Shown: one piece after another, positions 18,849 to 29,607 of the stretch
Position numbering within the stretch: the stretch's first letter is position 1
Layout: each line of letters starts with the position of its first letter
Assembly (NCBI GenBank): GCA_032654565.1
Contig: JAULAX010000015.1
Location: 1,216,001-1,280,000 of the forward strand
Origin: Anaeromyxobacteraceae bacterium
Lineage (GTDB): Bacteria > Myxococcota > Myxococcia > Myxococcales > Anaeromyxobacteraceae
Length of the DNA stretch: 64,000 bases
Direction of reading: 5' to 3'
Translations under genes and position numbers: made by a program
Notes under the pieces: generated by a model
The model's input: only the letters and a program-made list of their open reading frames with translations
What the model was told of the DNA's origin: nothing
Database searches by the model: none

Positions 18849-19789
18849 CAGTTGGCCTCGTCCCGGCTCCAGCCCTGCTGCTCCTGCCACTCTTCCTCGT
18901 CCTGGAGCGTGAACTCCAGCATCCACTCGGAGTAGTCGGGGATCACGTGGAGCCGGCCGCCGAAGTAGAGGCTGGGGGTGCCGCGCAGCCCGGCGGAGCG
19001 CCCCTCGGCCTGGGAGCCCTCGACCTTGTAGCGGTAGCGGCCGGTCTCCAGCGCCGCGCGCAGGTCGGCGTCGTCCTTGCCGGCCTCGCGGGCGTAGGCG
19101 GCCAGGTCGTCGGTGGTGAGGGCGTGGGGCCGCTCGAAGAGCAGGTCGTGGAAGGTCCAGAAGATCCCCTGCTCGCGGGCCCACTCGGCGGCCTGGGCCG
19201 CCTCGACGGCGTGGGGGTGGGCCTCGATGGGGAAGGGCTTGTAGTGGAGCTTGAGCCGCCCGGGCCGGTCGGCGACGAACTTCTCCAGCACCGGCCGCAT
19301 CAGCTGGCAGTAGGGGCAGGTGAAGTCGGAGAACTCCACCACCGTGACCGGGGCCCTGGGATCGCCGAGCGGGGGGCCGAAGCCGGCCACGTCGAGGGTG
19401 GCGCGCCGGGGGCGGTCGAAGGAGGCGTAGTACTTCTCCAGCATGGCCTTGAGCGCCGGCCTGGCGAGCCCGCCCAGCGCCAGGCGGGCGGCCAGCCGGG
19501 CGGTCCGCTTGGCGTGGTGGCAGCCGCCGTGCTGGCGCAGGCACTGCGAGACGGTGTGGGGGCAGCCGCAGTAGCAGTAGGTCTCCTGTGCGACCTCGGC
19601 GACCGCCTGCTGCTGCTCGGCGGTCAGCCCCTCGAGCGGGATGCCCGGCAGCAGCGCCTCGGGCGAGGTGGGCTCGCCGAGGTTGGCCTGGGCCGGCGTG
19701 GGCAGCGGGGGCGCGGAGGCGGTGGTGCGGGCGGCGCAGCCGGCCAGCAGGGCGACGGCGAGCGCGGCGGGGAGGAGGGAGGAGTGCAT
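18848..19789 (-). CDS. DsbA/thioredoxin-family lipoprotein with extra N-terminal Cys cluster
   Basis: Lipobox LAGC, EFSDFTCPYC active site, GTPS cis-Pro loop, additional CYCGC..C..C motif. Confidence 0.88.
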   Translation of the reverse strand: MHSSLLPAALAVALLAGCAARTTASAPPLPTPAQANLGEPTSPEALLPGIPLEGLTAEQQQAVAEVAQETYCYCGCPHTVSQCLRQHGGCHHAKRTARLAARLALGGLARPALKAMLEKYYASFDRPRRATLDVAGFGPPLGDPRAPVTVVEFSDFTCPYCQLMRPVLEKFVADRPGRLKLHYKPFPIEAHPHAVEAAQAAEWAREQGIFWTFHDLLFERPHALTTDDLAAYAREAGKDDADLRAALETGRYRYKVEGSQAEGRSAGLRGTPSLYFGGRLHVIPDYSEWMLEFTLQDEEEWQEQQGWSRDEAN

Positions 19790-19907
19790 CGGAGCGGTCT
19801 CCGGCGAGGGAGCCCGATGCTACCACGCACCCTCGCGCCGCCCAGCAGGGTCGCCGGGGCACACCCGGGTGGCGCTCCGGCCCCGGCTGGCATAGAGCAG
19901 GATCCGG

Positions 19908-21644
19908 ATGCATCCCTCCACCCTCGCCCGCGGCGCCGTCCGCAAGGAGCCCGGCGGCCGCCTCGGGGTGGCGCTCTGCTACCCCAACGCCGAGCGGCTG
20001 GGCATGGCCAACCTCGGCTTCCACGCCGTCTACCGGCTCTTCAACGACGACCCGGCCACCCGCTGCGAGCGGGTCTTCCTGCCCGAGGACGGCTCGCCCC
20101 CGCGCTCGGTGGAGTCGGGGACGCCGCTCGGCGAGTTCGACGTGGTGGCCTTCTCGCTCTCCTTCGAGGACGACTTCGTCCACCTGCTCGAGCTGCTCGA
20201 CCGGGCCGGCCTGCCGCTGCGCGCCGCCGATCGCGACCAGCGCCACCCGCTGGTGGTGGCCGGCGGCATCGCCATGCAGATCAACCCGGAGCCGGTGGCC
20301 CCCTTCCTCGACGCCGTGCTCATCGGCGAGGGGGAGGAGCTGGTGCCGCCGTTCCTCAACTGGCTGCGCGGCCAGGCCGGCCGGCCGCGCCCCGACCTGC
20401 TGCGCGACCTGGCCCGGCTGCCCGGCGCCTACGTGCCGGGGCTCTACCAGGTGGCGTACGCCGACACCCGGGCCAGCGCCGGCTGGGTGACCCGCTTCCA
20501 GCCCACCGAGGGGGCCCCGGCCCGGGTGGCGCGCCGCTTCGTGGCCGACCTGTCGAAGGTGGCCACCTCGCGGGTCATCGAGTCGCCCGACGCCCAGTTC
20601 GGCGACCTCTTCCTCACCGAGGTGGCCCGCGGCTGCCTCTGGGGCTGCCGCTTCTGCGCCGCCGGCTTCGTGCAGCGCCCCTACCGCGAGGTGGACCTCC
20701 CGACGCTGCGGGGCGAGGTGAAGAAGGGGATCGCCGCCGGGCAGCGGGTCGGGCTGGTGGGGCCGGACACCAGCGACTACTCCGGCCTGGACCCGCTCAC
20801 CTGCTTCATCGGCGAGCAGGGCGGCAGCTTCAGCCCCTCCTCGCTGCGGGTCGACGCCATCACCCCCCTGCTGGCGGGGCGGATGGCGGCCGGCGGCGAG
20901 CGCTCCATCACGCTGGCCCCGGAGGCCGGCACGCCGCGGATGCGCGAGGTCATCAACAAGGACTTCAGCGACGACCGGATCGTCCAGGCGGCGGCCGACG
21001 CGCTCGAGTCCGGCATGATCAACGTGAAGCTCTACTTCATGTGCGGCCTGCCCACCGAGACCGACGAGGACGTGCTGGGGATGGCCCGGCTGGCCATCCG
21101 CATCCGCGAGGAGGTGATGGCGCCGCGCGCCAGGGTCACCAAGCGGATGGGGCGCATCACGCTGTCGGTCAACCCCTTCGTCCCCAAGCCCTGGACGCCG
21201 TTCCAGTGGCAGCCCATGCACGACCGCAAGTGCCTGGAGGGGAAGCGCAAGCTGCTCGAGCGCGAGCTGCGGCCGCTCGGCATCGACGTCGACTTCATGA
21301 GCCCGCGCGAGGCCGCGGTGCAGGCCCTCTTCTCCCGCGGCGACCGGCGCTGCGCCGACCTGCTGGAGCTGGCGCACCGCGAGTTCGAGGGGGACGTGGG
21401 GCGGGCGCTGCGCCGCTGGCCGCACGACCCGGACTTCTTCGTGCTGCGCGAGGCGGCGGTGGAGGAGCAGCTCCCCTGGGACTTCATCGACCACGGCCTG
21501 ACCAAGGCCTTCCTGGCTCGCGAGCAGCGGCGCGGCCTCGGCGCCCGCATCACGCCGAAGTGCGAGGTGGAGTCCTGCCGGGCCTGCGGCCTCGCCTGCG
21601 CCGACCACCCGGAGCTGAAGACCGGGCTGCCGGTCGTCTCCTGA
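19908..21644 (+). CDS. Radical SAM protein (TIGR03960-like)
   Basis: YPN...GMANLGF, EVARGCLWGCRFC CxxxCxxC, TLAPEAGT, KLYFMCGLPTE, FVPKPWTPFQW, LPWD, C-terminal C..C..C..C. Confidence 0.9.
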   Translation: MHPSTLARGAVRKEPGGRLGVALCYPNAERLGMANLGFHAVYRLFNDDPATRCERVFLPEDGSPPRSVESGTPLGEFDVVAFSLSFEDDFVHLLELLDRAGLPLRAADRDQRHPLVVAGGIAMQINPEPVAPFLDAVLIGEGEELVPPFLNWLRGQAGRPRPDLLRDLARLPGAYVPGLYQVAYADTRASAGWVTRFQPTEGAPARVARRFVADLSKVATSRVIESPDAQFGDLFLTEVARGCLWGCRFCAAGFVQRPYREVDLPTLRGEVKKGIAAGQRVGLVGPDTSDYSGLDPLTCFIGEQGGSFSPSSLRVDAITPLLAGRMAAGGERSITLAPEAGTPRMREVINKDFSDDRIVQAAADALESGMINVKLYFMCGLPTETDEDVLGMARLAIRIREEVMAPRARVTKRMGRITLSVNPFVPKPWTPFQWQPMHDRKCLEGKRKLLERELRPLGIDVDFMSPREAAVQALFSRGDRRCADLLELAHREFEGDVGRALRRWPHDPDFFVLREAAVEEQLPWDFIDHGLTKAFLAREQRRGLGARITPKCEVESCRACGLACADHPELKTGLPVVS

Positions 21645-21671
21645 GCGTGGCGTGGTCGGCCGGAAGGTGAA

Positions 21672-21703
21672 GCGCCCGGCCCCCGAGGAGGGGAGCCGGG
21701 CGC
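21672..21703. terminator. Hairpin between convergent genes
   Basis: GCGCCCGGC-CCCC...GGGG-A-GCCGGGCGC inverted repeat. Confidence 0.5.
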
Positions 21704-21728
21704 GGGCCGGGCGGGCGATCGGGCGCGG

Positions 21729-24700
21729 CTAGGGAGGCGCGACCACGAACCCCTGGATCGGGACGTTGATGGAGCGCTCCGTGGAGATGCTGCTGATGAT
21801 GTTGGTGGTCCGGAGCGTCGCCGTCACCCAGGTCAAGGCCGACTCCGGCAGGGAGCCGCCGGTGACGGTGATCCACCCGAATGAACCGTACTGGAACGAG
21901 CCCACGTCGGCGCGCCGCACGCACGGCGTCCAGTTGCAGGTGGTGCCGCAGACCGTGGGATCACCGCCCGGCGACCCGTCGCAGTAGAGCTGGCGGAAGA
22001 GCATCCCCAGCCCGTCGGTGGTGGTGGGGGCGGAGTTGAACGACGAGGTGAAGCTGGAGCCCGTCGTCTTGGAGATGCCGTAGGTGGTCCGGTAGTTGGG
22101 CAGGTTGAAGTTGAGATCGGTCATGTAGACGGCGCGGGAGGTGCTCCCGGCCGGCGTCCCGGGTGCCGGGGTGGTGGTCGAGTGCGTGACCGTGAACCCC
22201 GCCGGGGACGTGCCCACCGGCGTGAACGGGCTGGGGAAGCCGTTGTAGAACCGCGAGGCCAGCTCGCTGACGCCGTCGTTCTGCACCTCCACGTAACCGG
22301 TGTAGAGGATGCGGGTCTCGGCCCAGATGGTGGTGCTGGCGTCACGCACACCGTTTGGCCCGTCCCAGGTGCCGTTGTTGTTGGCGTCGAAGTAGGGCTC
22401 GTCGAACTCGCCGCCGGCGACGATGCTGTCGCGCTTCCCGTTGTCGTTGATGTCCACGAACGGCTCGCCGAGGTCGACGAAGCGCTCTCCGAGCAGGCAG
22501 CCGGGGGTGCCGGGCGGGTCGTAGAGGCCGTTGGCCGGGCAGCCGTTGGAGCTGTCGAAGAAGCCCTCCTCGCCGCGGACCGCGGCGATGACGGTGACCA
22601 GGCCGTCGCGCGGGTTGTGGCGGCGGGTCGAGCCGACTGGCTGGCGCAGCCGTCGAGGGCCCAGTCGTGCGCGAGGTCGAACTCGCCGGCGACCTGGGGC
22701 AGCACGTCGGTCGGCAGCTTGGCGCCGTTGGTGTCGATGACGCTGCTGGTCCGCCGCAGGTTCCCCTGCTGGGTGGGCAGCACGCCGCTGGGGTTGTAGG
22801 CCGGGGTCGGTGGCCGAGGAGGCCGGTGGTGCCGGCCTCGGTGAAGAACTGCACCAGCGGTGGCGACGCCCAGCTTGTTCTTGAACCGGTCGGCCAGCGT
22901 CACCACGCAGGTGATCTTGGAGTCGGCCCCCGCGTAGGTGGAGTTGGTGCAGTCGTGGCTGGTCAGCGCCGGGATGTTCTTGGGCGAGCAGTCGATGGAG
23001 ATCTCGGCGCCGGTGGCCTTGGCGCCGACGATGGCGATGTTGCCGGCGGTGGCCTGGAGCAGGTTGCTCCCGCCGGCCTGGGCGCGGGCCACCACCGAGA
23101 CCACGTTGGCGATCGAGCCGGAGTGGAGGATGACCTTCACCTTGCCGGTGGCGTCGGTGACGCCGCTGGCGGTGCAGACGTTGGCGGCGCAGCCGGCCGC
23201 CGAGGCGCCGATGTAGGAGCCGCCCAGCTGGCCGTGCTCGAAGGCGACGGCCAGCCCGGCCGGGTAGGTCTGGTTGGCCGAGTCCACCAGCTGGAAGGTG
23301 AACTCGTTGGACTCCTGGAAGCCGGAGCCCAGGGCGCCCATCACCGCGTACTGCTGGTTGACGAGGTTGACCTGGGCCAGCTGCGGCAGGGTGATGGTGA
23401 CGGTGTTGCTGATGGTGGTGGTGCCGGTGAAGTAGCTGGCGGTGACCACCGCCGGCCCGGAGGCGGTGGAGGAGGTGAAGGTCACCGAGGCCTGGCCGGC
23501 GCCGTTGGTGGTGGCGGTGGGGCCGACCGTGCCGAGGCTGGTGGTGAAGTCGATGGTCTGCCCGCCCTGCGGCGTGATGGTGCCGGTGTCCTTGCTGAGC
23601 GTGGCGGTCACCGTGGTGGTGGCGAGGCCGTTGGCGGCCAGCCGGGTGGCGGTGGCCGAGACGGTGAGGACGTAGCTGGAGCTGGTGTCCTTGCAGACCC
23701 AGGTGGCGCCGCTCAGGGCGCAGAGCTGCAGCACGTTGGTGCCGCACTGGGCGCCGAAGGGCGCGCCCTGGCAGCCCGGGTCATTGCAGTCCACCTTGCC
23801 GTCGCAGTTGTTGTCGATGTTGTCGCGGCACTGGACGCCGGACTCGACGCTGCCGCTCGGGCAGGTGCAGACGGAGGGGGTGCCGGCCGAGCAGGCCAGG
23901 CCGTTGGCGCCGCAGATCTTCCCGGCGCAGTCGGGATCGGCGCAGTCGATGAGGCCGTCGCAGTCGTTGTCGATGCCGTCGCTGCACGAGGTCTCGGCCA
24001 CCTGGCCGCCCGGGCAGACGCACTGGCCGACGAAGTCGCACTTCTCGCCGAAGCGGCCCACCACGGTCTGGCAGGCCTGGCCGAAGGCGCCCACCGTGGC
24101 CGGCCGGCAGCCGGGGTCGGCGCAGTCGATGAGGCCGTCGCAGTCGTTGTCCTTGCCGTCGGCGCAGCCGGTGGTCCCCTCGCTGGCCATGGCCACGCCG
24201 CCGTTGCCCGTGCAGATGCAGGTGCCGCCGTTGGCCGGCGAGCAGGTCTGGCCGTTGGGCCCGCAGCTCTTCGGCGTCAGGTTGCAGTCGGTGTCGGCGC
24301 AGTCGATCTTGCCGTCGCAGTCGTTGTCGAGGCCGTCGCCGCAGGAGACCTCGCCGCCCACCTCCGCGCCGGTGCACTCGCACACCAGGGTGGTGGGGTT
24401 GCAGGTCTTGCCGGTGGCGCTGCAGGCCGCCGAGGCGCAGTTGGGATCCTGGCAGTCGACCAGGCCGTCGCAGTCGTTGTCCTTGCCGTCGCTGCAGGCC
24501 GTCTCCACGGCCTGGGGCGTGCCGCCGTTGCCGGAGCAGACCGCGCAGGTCGAGACCCCGCCCACCACCGGCGAGCAGGTGTTGCCGCGGGCGTCGCAGA
24601 CCGCCCCCAGGGCGTTGCCGACGGGGCGGCAGTCCGGATCGTCGCAGTCGATGAGTCCGTCGCAGTCGTTGTCCTTGCCGTCACCGCAGGAGGTCTCGGT

Positions 24701-26488
24701 GGCCTGGGCCACGCCGCCGTTGCAGACGCAGGTCTTGGCGGCGGTGCACTTGCCGGTGGTGGTGCCGGGGCCGCTGGTCACCGGGGCGTCGAAGCAGGTC
24801 TTGGCCAGGCAGTCGGAGTCGGCGCAGTCGCTGAGCCCGTCGCAGTCGGTGTCGCGGCCGTCGCCGCAGGAGGACTCGGCCACCTCGCCGGGGATGGCCG
24901 GTGAGCCGGGCGGCGAGCAGACCGAGCAGGTGTTGGTGACGCCGGAGAGGTTGGTGCAGGCCTTGCCGGAGGCGTTGCAGGCGCGCGAGGCGCAGTCGGG
25001 GTCGGCGCAGTCGACGAGGCCGTCGCAGTCGTTGTCCTTGCCGTCGCCGCAGCTCTGCTCGAACGGCTCCGGGGTCCCGCCGTTGCCGGTGCAGGCGCAC
25101 TGGCCGAGGCCGTCGCAGCGCAGGACGTTGGTGAGGGTGCCGGCGCACTGCTGGCCGTAGGTGTTGCCCGGCGCGGTGGGGCCGCAGTCACGGTCGGCGC
25201 AGTCGACCGCGCCGTCGCAGTCGTTGTCCTTGCCGTCGCTGCAGCCGAGCTCCTTGCCCTGCTGGGGCACGCCGCCGTTGCCGTTGCAGGTGCAGACCCC
25301 CACCACGGTGGGGGAGCAGACCGAGCCGAAGGCGGTGCAGGCCACGCTGGCGCAGTCCGGATCGGCGCAGTCGATCTTGCCGTCGCAGTCGTTGTCCTGG
25401 CCGTCGCCGCAGCTGAGCTCCTTGGCGGCCTCCGGCCCCTGGCAGACGCAGGAGGCGGTGGTCGGGTTGCAGGTCTTGCCGGTGGCGGTGCAGACCGCCC
25501 AGGCCGTGGCGCAGTCGGGGTCGGCGCAGTCGACCAGGCCGTCGCAGTCGTTGTCCTTGCCGTCGGCGCAGTCGGTCTCCACCGCCTGGGCGGCGCCGCC
25601 GTTGCCGGCGCAGACCGAGCAGCTGGAGGCCCCGGCGATGGCGGCCGAGCAGGTGTGGCCGCGCCCGTCGCAGGCCTGGCCGCCCGAGCCCTTGTCCTGG
25701 CAGTCGGGGTCCTCGCAGTCGATGAGGCCGTCGCAGTCGTCGTCGATGCCATCGCCGCACTTGGCGCCGGTCTCCGGCGTGGCGGTGCAGGTGCAGAGCT
25801 TGGTGGTGGCGCCACAGACGCCGGTGGTGAGGCCACCGCCGGTGGAGGGGGCGCTGTTGCAGATGTCGCCGGCGCAGTCGGGGTCGGCGCAGTCGACGAG
25901 GCCGTCGCAGTCGTTGTCGAAGCCGTCGCCGCAGCTCACCTCGGCCACCTCGGGGGCGCCGCCCTTGCCGGTGCAGACGCTGCAGGTCCCGCCGCCGCAG
26001 GTCTTGCCGCCGGCGTCGCAGGTGGTGCCGGCCGGGCAGGTGGCGGTGTCCTGGCAGTCGGTCAGGCCGTCGGCGTTGTTGTCCCTGGCGTCGCTGCAGA
26101 TCTCGACGGCCACGAACCGCACCTGGAGCTGGCCGGTGGCCAGGTTGCCGTCGGAGGCCCTCAGCTGGGCCATGCCGACGCAGGTGGGGCCCGGGGTGAC
26201 CCGCGAGTCGCAGGTGACCAGGGTGACGTCGAAGGGGGTGGTGGGGTTGGTGGCGCTGACGGCGCCGCTGGCCTCGAGGAAGCCGCCGCGGTCGGTGCGG
26301 ATCACCACCGGCCCCTTCTGGCTGCCGGTGACGTGGATGAGCACCTGGTTGACGCCGTTGGCCAGCACCTGGGTCTGGCTGGCGGTGATGGTGAGCACGC
26401 CGCCGCCGGAGGAGCCCGCGTCCTTGGCGCCGCCGCAGGCCAGCAGGGCGGACGCAGCGATCGACGCCAGGCAGATCTTCCAGGTCAT
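21729..26488 (-). pseudogene. Giant Cys-rich repeat / Ig-like (Big_1) surface lipoprotein, ~1,585 codons, interrupted by clustered frameshifts at ~22620-22860
   Basis: GGAGGAG RBS, ATG at 26488, lipobox LLAC, 14 C.DG.DNDCDG..DC.D.DC repeats, invasin-like ANG..TVTAT..F.T..G..T...GQASVTF domain. Plausible coding sequence switches frame (GVAT to LVQFFTEAG to PAYNP to [10 protein letters not shown]) and ends at 21729. Confidence 0.82.
23775..26100 (-). repeat. 14 tandem Cys/Asp-rich protein repeats (core [23 protein letters not shown])
   Basis: Counted in the translation; visible in the DNA as recurring GCCGTCGCAGTCGTTGTC. Confidence 0.9.
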
Positions 26489-26604
26489 GTGGTACTCCTC
26501 CAAGAGGTGGCGGACGGCAACGGCAGCCGCCGGCAATGTATCAAAGTTCGACCCCCCCGACGGTGGGTAAACGAGGGTGTGGGTGCAGGTGGGAGGGCAG
26601 GGAC

Positions 26605-27060
26605 GTGACCGACCAGGAGGCCATGGAGGCGGCGCTGGCGCTGGCCGGCGAGGCGGCCGCCGACGGCGAGGTCCCGGTCGGGGCGGTGGCCCTCTTCGAG
26701 GGGCGGGTGGTGGGGCAGGGGCGGAATCGGCGGGAGGGGGCCAACGACCCGACCGCCCACGCCGAGCTGCTGGCGGTTCGCGCGGCCGCGCAGGCCCTGG
26801 GGCGCTGGCGGCTCACCGGGGTGACCGTCTACGTGACGCTGGAGCCCTGCGCCATGTGCGCCGGGGCCCTGGTGCTGGCCCGCATCGACCGGCTGGTCTT
26901 CGGCGCCGACGACCCCAAGGCCGGCGCCGTCGGCTCGCTGCAGGACCTCTCCGCCGACCCCCGGCTCAACCACCGCTTCCCGGTGGAGCGGGGGCTGCTG
27001 GCCGACCGCTGCAGCGCGCTGCTGCGCGACTTCTTCAGGGCCCGCCGCAACCCCGCCTGA
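26605..27060 (+). CDS. tadA: tRNA adenosine(34) deaminase
   Basis: [46 protein letters not shown] before GTG at 26605. Confidence 0.96.
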   Translation: MTDQEAMEAALALAGEAAADGEVPVGAVALFEGRVVGQGRNRREGANDPTAHAELLAVRAAAQALGRWRLTGVTVYVTLEPCAMCAGALVLARIDRLVFGADDPKAGAVGSLQDLSADPRLNHRFPVERGLLADRCSALLRDFFRARRNPA

Positions 27061-27115
27061 AGGTTCGGCGCGCCGCGCTTGGCAAGACCCCGGAAGATCA
27101 GGTAAACCCGCGCGC

Positions 27116-27202
27116 GGAGAGCTGGCCGAGTGGTCGAAGGCGCCTGACTCGAAATCAGGTGTACGGGCAACTGTACCGTGGGTTCGACTCCCACGCTCTC
27201 CG
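27116..27202 (+). tRNA. tRNA-Ser(CGA), CCA not encoded
   Basis: GGAGAGC/GCTCTCC acceptor stem, CCTGA-CT-CGA-AA-TCAGG anticodon arm, long variable arm, GGTTCGACTCC. Confidence 0.96.
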
Positions 27203-27220
27203 CTTACTTTTCGTCTTCAT

Positions 27221-27310
27221 GGAGAGGTGTTCGAGCGGTTTAAGAAGCACGACTGGAAATCGTGTGTACCCTTACCGGTACCGTGGGTTCAAATCCCACC
27301 CTCTCCGCCA
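27221..27310 (+). tRNA. tRNA-Ser(GGA)
   Basis: GGAGAGG/CCTCTCC-G-CCA, CACGA-CT-GGA-AA-TCGTG, long variable arm, GGTTCAAATCC. Confidence 0.97.
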
Positions 27311-27334
27311 GCTTCCGGCCCCGACGGGCCGGGT

Positions 27335-27443
27335 GAGCCGGCCCAGAATCCTCGGGCGACGTGGGCTCCTTCGAACCCCGCCAGGCCCGGAAGGGAGCAA
27401 CGGTAGAAGGACCTCCGTGCGCCCGGGGATTGTGGGCCGGCTC
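27335..27443 (+). ncRNA. ffs: Signal recognition particle RNA (small type)
   Basis: Long hairpin GAGCCGGCCC...GGGCCGGCTC with conserved CAGG-CCC-GGAA-GGG-AGCA domain IV, followed by a T-rich tract; located upstream of dnaX. Confidence 0.93.
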
Positions 27444-27472
27444 GTTCTTTTCTGCTAAAGCCTTCGCTCCTC

Positions 27473-29287
27473 ATGGGACCGCAGCCGCACTACCTCGTCC
27501 TGGCCCGCAAGTACCGGCCGCAGCGCTTCGGCGAGATGTCCGGCCAGGCGCACGTGGTCCAGACGCTGGCCAACGCCCTGAAGCGCGGCCAGCTGGCCCA
27601 CGCCTTCCTCTTCACCGGCCCGCGCGGCGTCGGCAAGACCACCGCGGCGCGGCTGGTGGCCAAGGCCGTCAACTGCGTCAACGGGCCGACCCCGGAGCCC
27701 TGCGGGACCTGCGTCCCCTGCCAGGAGATCGCCGACGGGCGCAGCGTCGACGTCATCGAGATCGACGCCGCCTCCAACAACGGCGTCGACAACGTCCGCG
27801 ACATCGTCGAGGCGGTGAAGTACCGGCCGGCCCGCGACCGCTACAAGGTCTTCGTCATCGACGAGGTCCACATGCTCTCGCAGGGGGCCTTCAACGCCCT
27901 GCTGAAGACGCTCGAGGAGCCGCCAGATCACGTCAAGTTCGTGCTGGCCACCACCGACGTCCACAAGGTGCCGGAGACCATCGTCTCCCGCTGCCAGCGC
28001 TTCGACTTCCGCCGGCTCACCCAGCAGCAGATCGCCGACCAGCTCGGCCACGTGGCCGCCGCGGAGAAGATGACGCTCTCCGGCGCCGCCCTGGCCATGG
28101 TGGCGCGCGCCGCCGAGGGCGGGATGCGCGACGCCCTCTCGCTGCTCGACCGGGTGCGGGCCGCCTGCGGCGACGCCCCGGGCGACGCCGAGGTGGCCGA
28201 GGCGCTCGGCACCGTCGACGTGGCGGCGGTGAGCCGCATGGCCGGGGCGCTGCTGCAGCGCGACGGGGCGGCGCTGCTGGCCGAGATCGCCACGCTCCAC
28301 GAGCGCGGGCTGGAGATGAAGCGGGTGGCCGAGGAGCTGGCCCGCCACCTGCGCAACGTGGTGGTGGCGCGGCTGGCCCCGGCGGCGCCGCTCGACCTCC
28401 CCGACGTGGAGCTGGCCGAGGTGCGGGCCCAGGCCGGCGGGGCCGATCCGGCCCAGCTCACCCGGCTCTTCGATCTCGCCCAGCGCGCCGTGGTGGAGGC
28501 CAAGCTGGCCGACCAGCCCCGCCACGCCCTGGAGGTGGCGCTGCTCAAGGCCGTCTTCCTGGCGCCGGGCGCCGAGGTCTCGGCGCTCATCGCCCGGGTC
28601 GAGGCGCTGGCCGGCGGGGCCCTGCCGCCCTCCGGGACGGGCGGCGGCGGCGGCTCCGGCGGTGGCCGCGCCGTGGCCGCCCCGCGTCCTGCCGCACCCG
28701 CACCCGCCGCGCCCCCGCCGACGCGCAGCGCCGCGGCGGTTCCGGCCGCGGCACCGACCTCGACCCCCACGTCGGCCCCGACCACGGTTCCGGTCCCGGT
28801 CACCGTCCCGGTGGCGACGCCGGCCCCGGTCGAGACCGCCCCCGCCCCGCCGGCTCCGGCCGCCCCGCTGATCGATCCCGCCGCCCCCCTCGCCGACCGC
28901 TGGCGCGCCGTGGTCGACGAGGTGGAGAAGGTGAGCCCGGCCGCCGCCCCGGCCCTGAAGCAGGCCACGCTCCGCTGGATCCGCGACGGCGAGATCGGCG
29001 TGCAGCTCCCGCCCGGCCTGATGGCCACCACCGCCGAGCGGCGGCGCGCCGACATCGAGGCGGTCTTCGCCCGCTGCTTCGGCCGGCCCACCCGGCTGGC
29101 GCTCACCCTCGGCGAGCCCACCGCGGCGCCGCCGGGCGAGTCGGCGCCGGTCTCGCTGGCCGCCGCCGAGCAGGCCGACCGGCTGGCCCGCTCGCGCCGG
29201 GTGCGGGAGACGGCCCGGGCCCACCCCAACATCCAGCAGGCCGCCCGTCTCCTCGAGGGCGGCGTCGACCAGGTCGAGGAGCTCTAG
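27473..29287 (+). CDS. dnaX: DNA polymerase III subunit gamma/tau
   Basis: [48 protein letters not shown]. Confidence 0.97.
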   Translation: MGPQPHYLVLARKYRPQRFGEMSGQAHVVQTLANALKRGQLAHAFLFTGPRGVGKTTAARLVAKAVNCVNGPTPEPCGTCVPCQEIADGRSVDVIEIDAASNNGVDNVRDIVEAVKYRPARDRYKVFVIDEVHMLSQGAFNALLKTLEEPPDHVKFVLATTDVHKVPETIVSRCQRFDFRRLTQQQIADQLGHVAAAEKMTLSGAALAMVARAAEGGMRDALSLLDRVRAACGDAPGDAEVAEALGTVDVAAVSRMAGALLQRDGAALLAEIATLHERGLEMKRVAEELARHLRNVVVARLAPAAPLDLPDVELAEVRAQAGGADPAQLTRLFDLAQRAVVEAKLADQPRHALEVALLKAVFLAPGAEVSALIARVEALAGGALPPSGTGGGGGSGGGRAVAAPRPAAPAPAAPPPTRSAAAVPAAAPTSTPTSAPTTVPVPVTVPVATPAPVETAPAPPAPAAPLIDPAAPLADRWRAVVDEVEKVSPAAAPALKQATLRWIRDGEIGVQLPPGLMATTAERRRADIEAVFARCFGRPTRLALTLGEPTAAPPGESAPVSLAAAEQADRLARSRRVRETARAHPNIQQAARLLEGGVDQVEEL

Positions 29288-29295
29288 GACCACCC

Positions 29296-29607
29296 ATGGA
29301 CATCCAGTTCCTGATGAAGCAGGCCAAGAAGCTCGAGAAGGCCATGGCCGATGCGCGCGAGTCGCTCGGCGAGGTGACCGTGGAGGGCGAGAGCGGCGGC
29401 GGCCTGGTCAAGGTGACCATGAACGGCCGCTGCGAGGTGGTGAAGCTGGCCATCGCCCCGACGGCCATCGACCCGGCCGACCCGTCGATGCTCGAGGACC
29501 TGCTCACCGCCGCCCTCAACGCCACCTGCGCCAAGGCCCGGGCGGCCGCCGACGAGCACCTCGGCAAGGCCACCGGCGGCGTCAAGATCCCCGGCGTCAT
29601 GGGGTGA
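29296..29607 (+). CDS. ybaB: YbaB/EbfC nucleoid-associated protein
   Basis: [30 protein letters not shown]; located between dnaX and recR. Confidence 0.93.
   Translation: MDIQFLMKQAKKLEKAMADARESLGEVTVEGESGGGLVKVTMNGRCEVVKLAIAPTAIDPADPSMLEDLLTAALNATCAKARAAADEHLGKATGGVKIPGVMG

Noticed and set aside
23775..26100. Regularly spaced DNA repeats resembling a CRISPR array
   Set aside because: The repeats are in-frame, vary at synonymous positions, have long coding spacers, and no cas genes are present.
27116..27443. tRNA-Ser pair as an integration site
   Set aside because: No integrase or duplicated tRNA 3' end is present; tadA-tRNA-ffs-dnaX-ybaB-recR is an ordinary conserved arrangement.
27473..29287. 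Programmed frameshift in dnaX (gamma/tau)
   Set aside because: No A-AAA-AAG or poly-A slippery site was seen; the central region is just a Pro/Ala linker.
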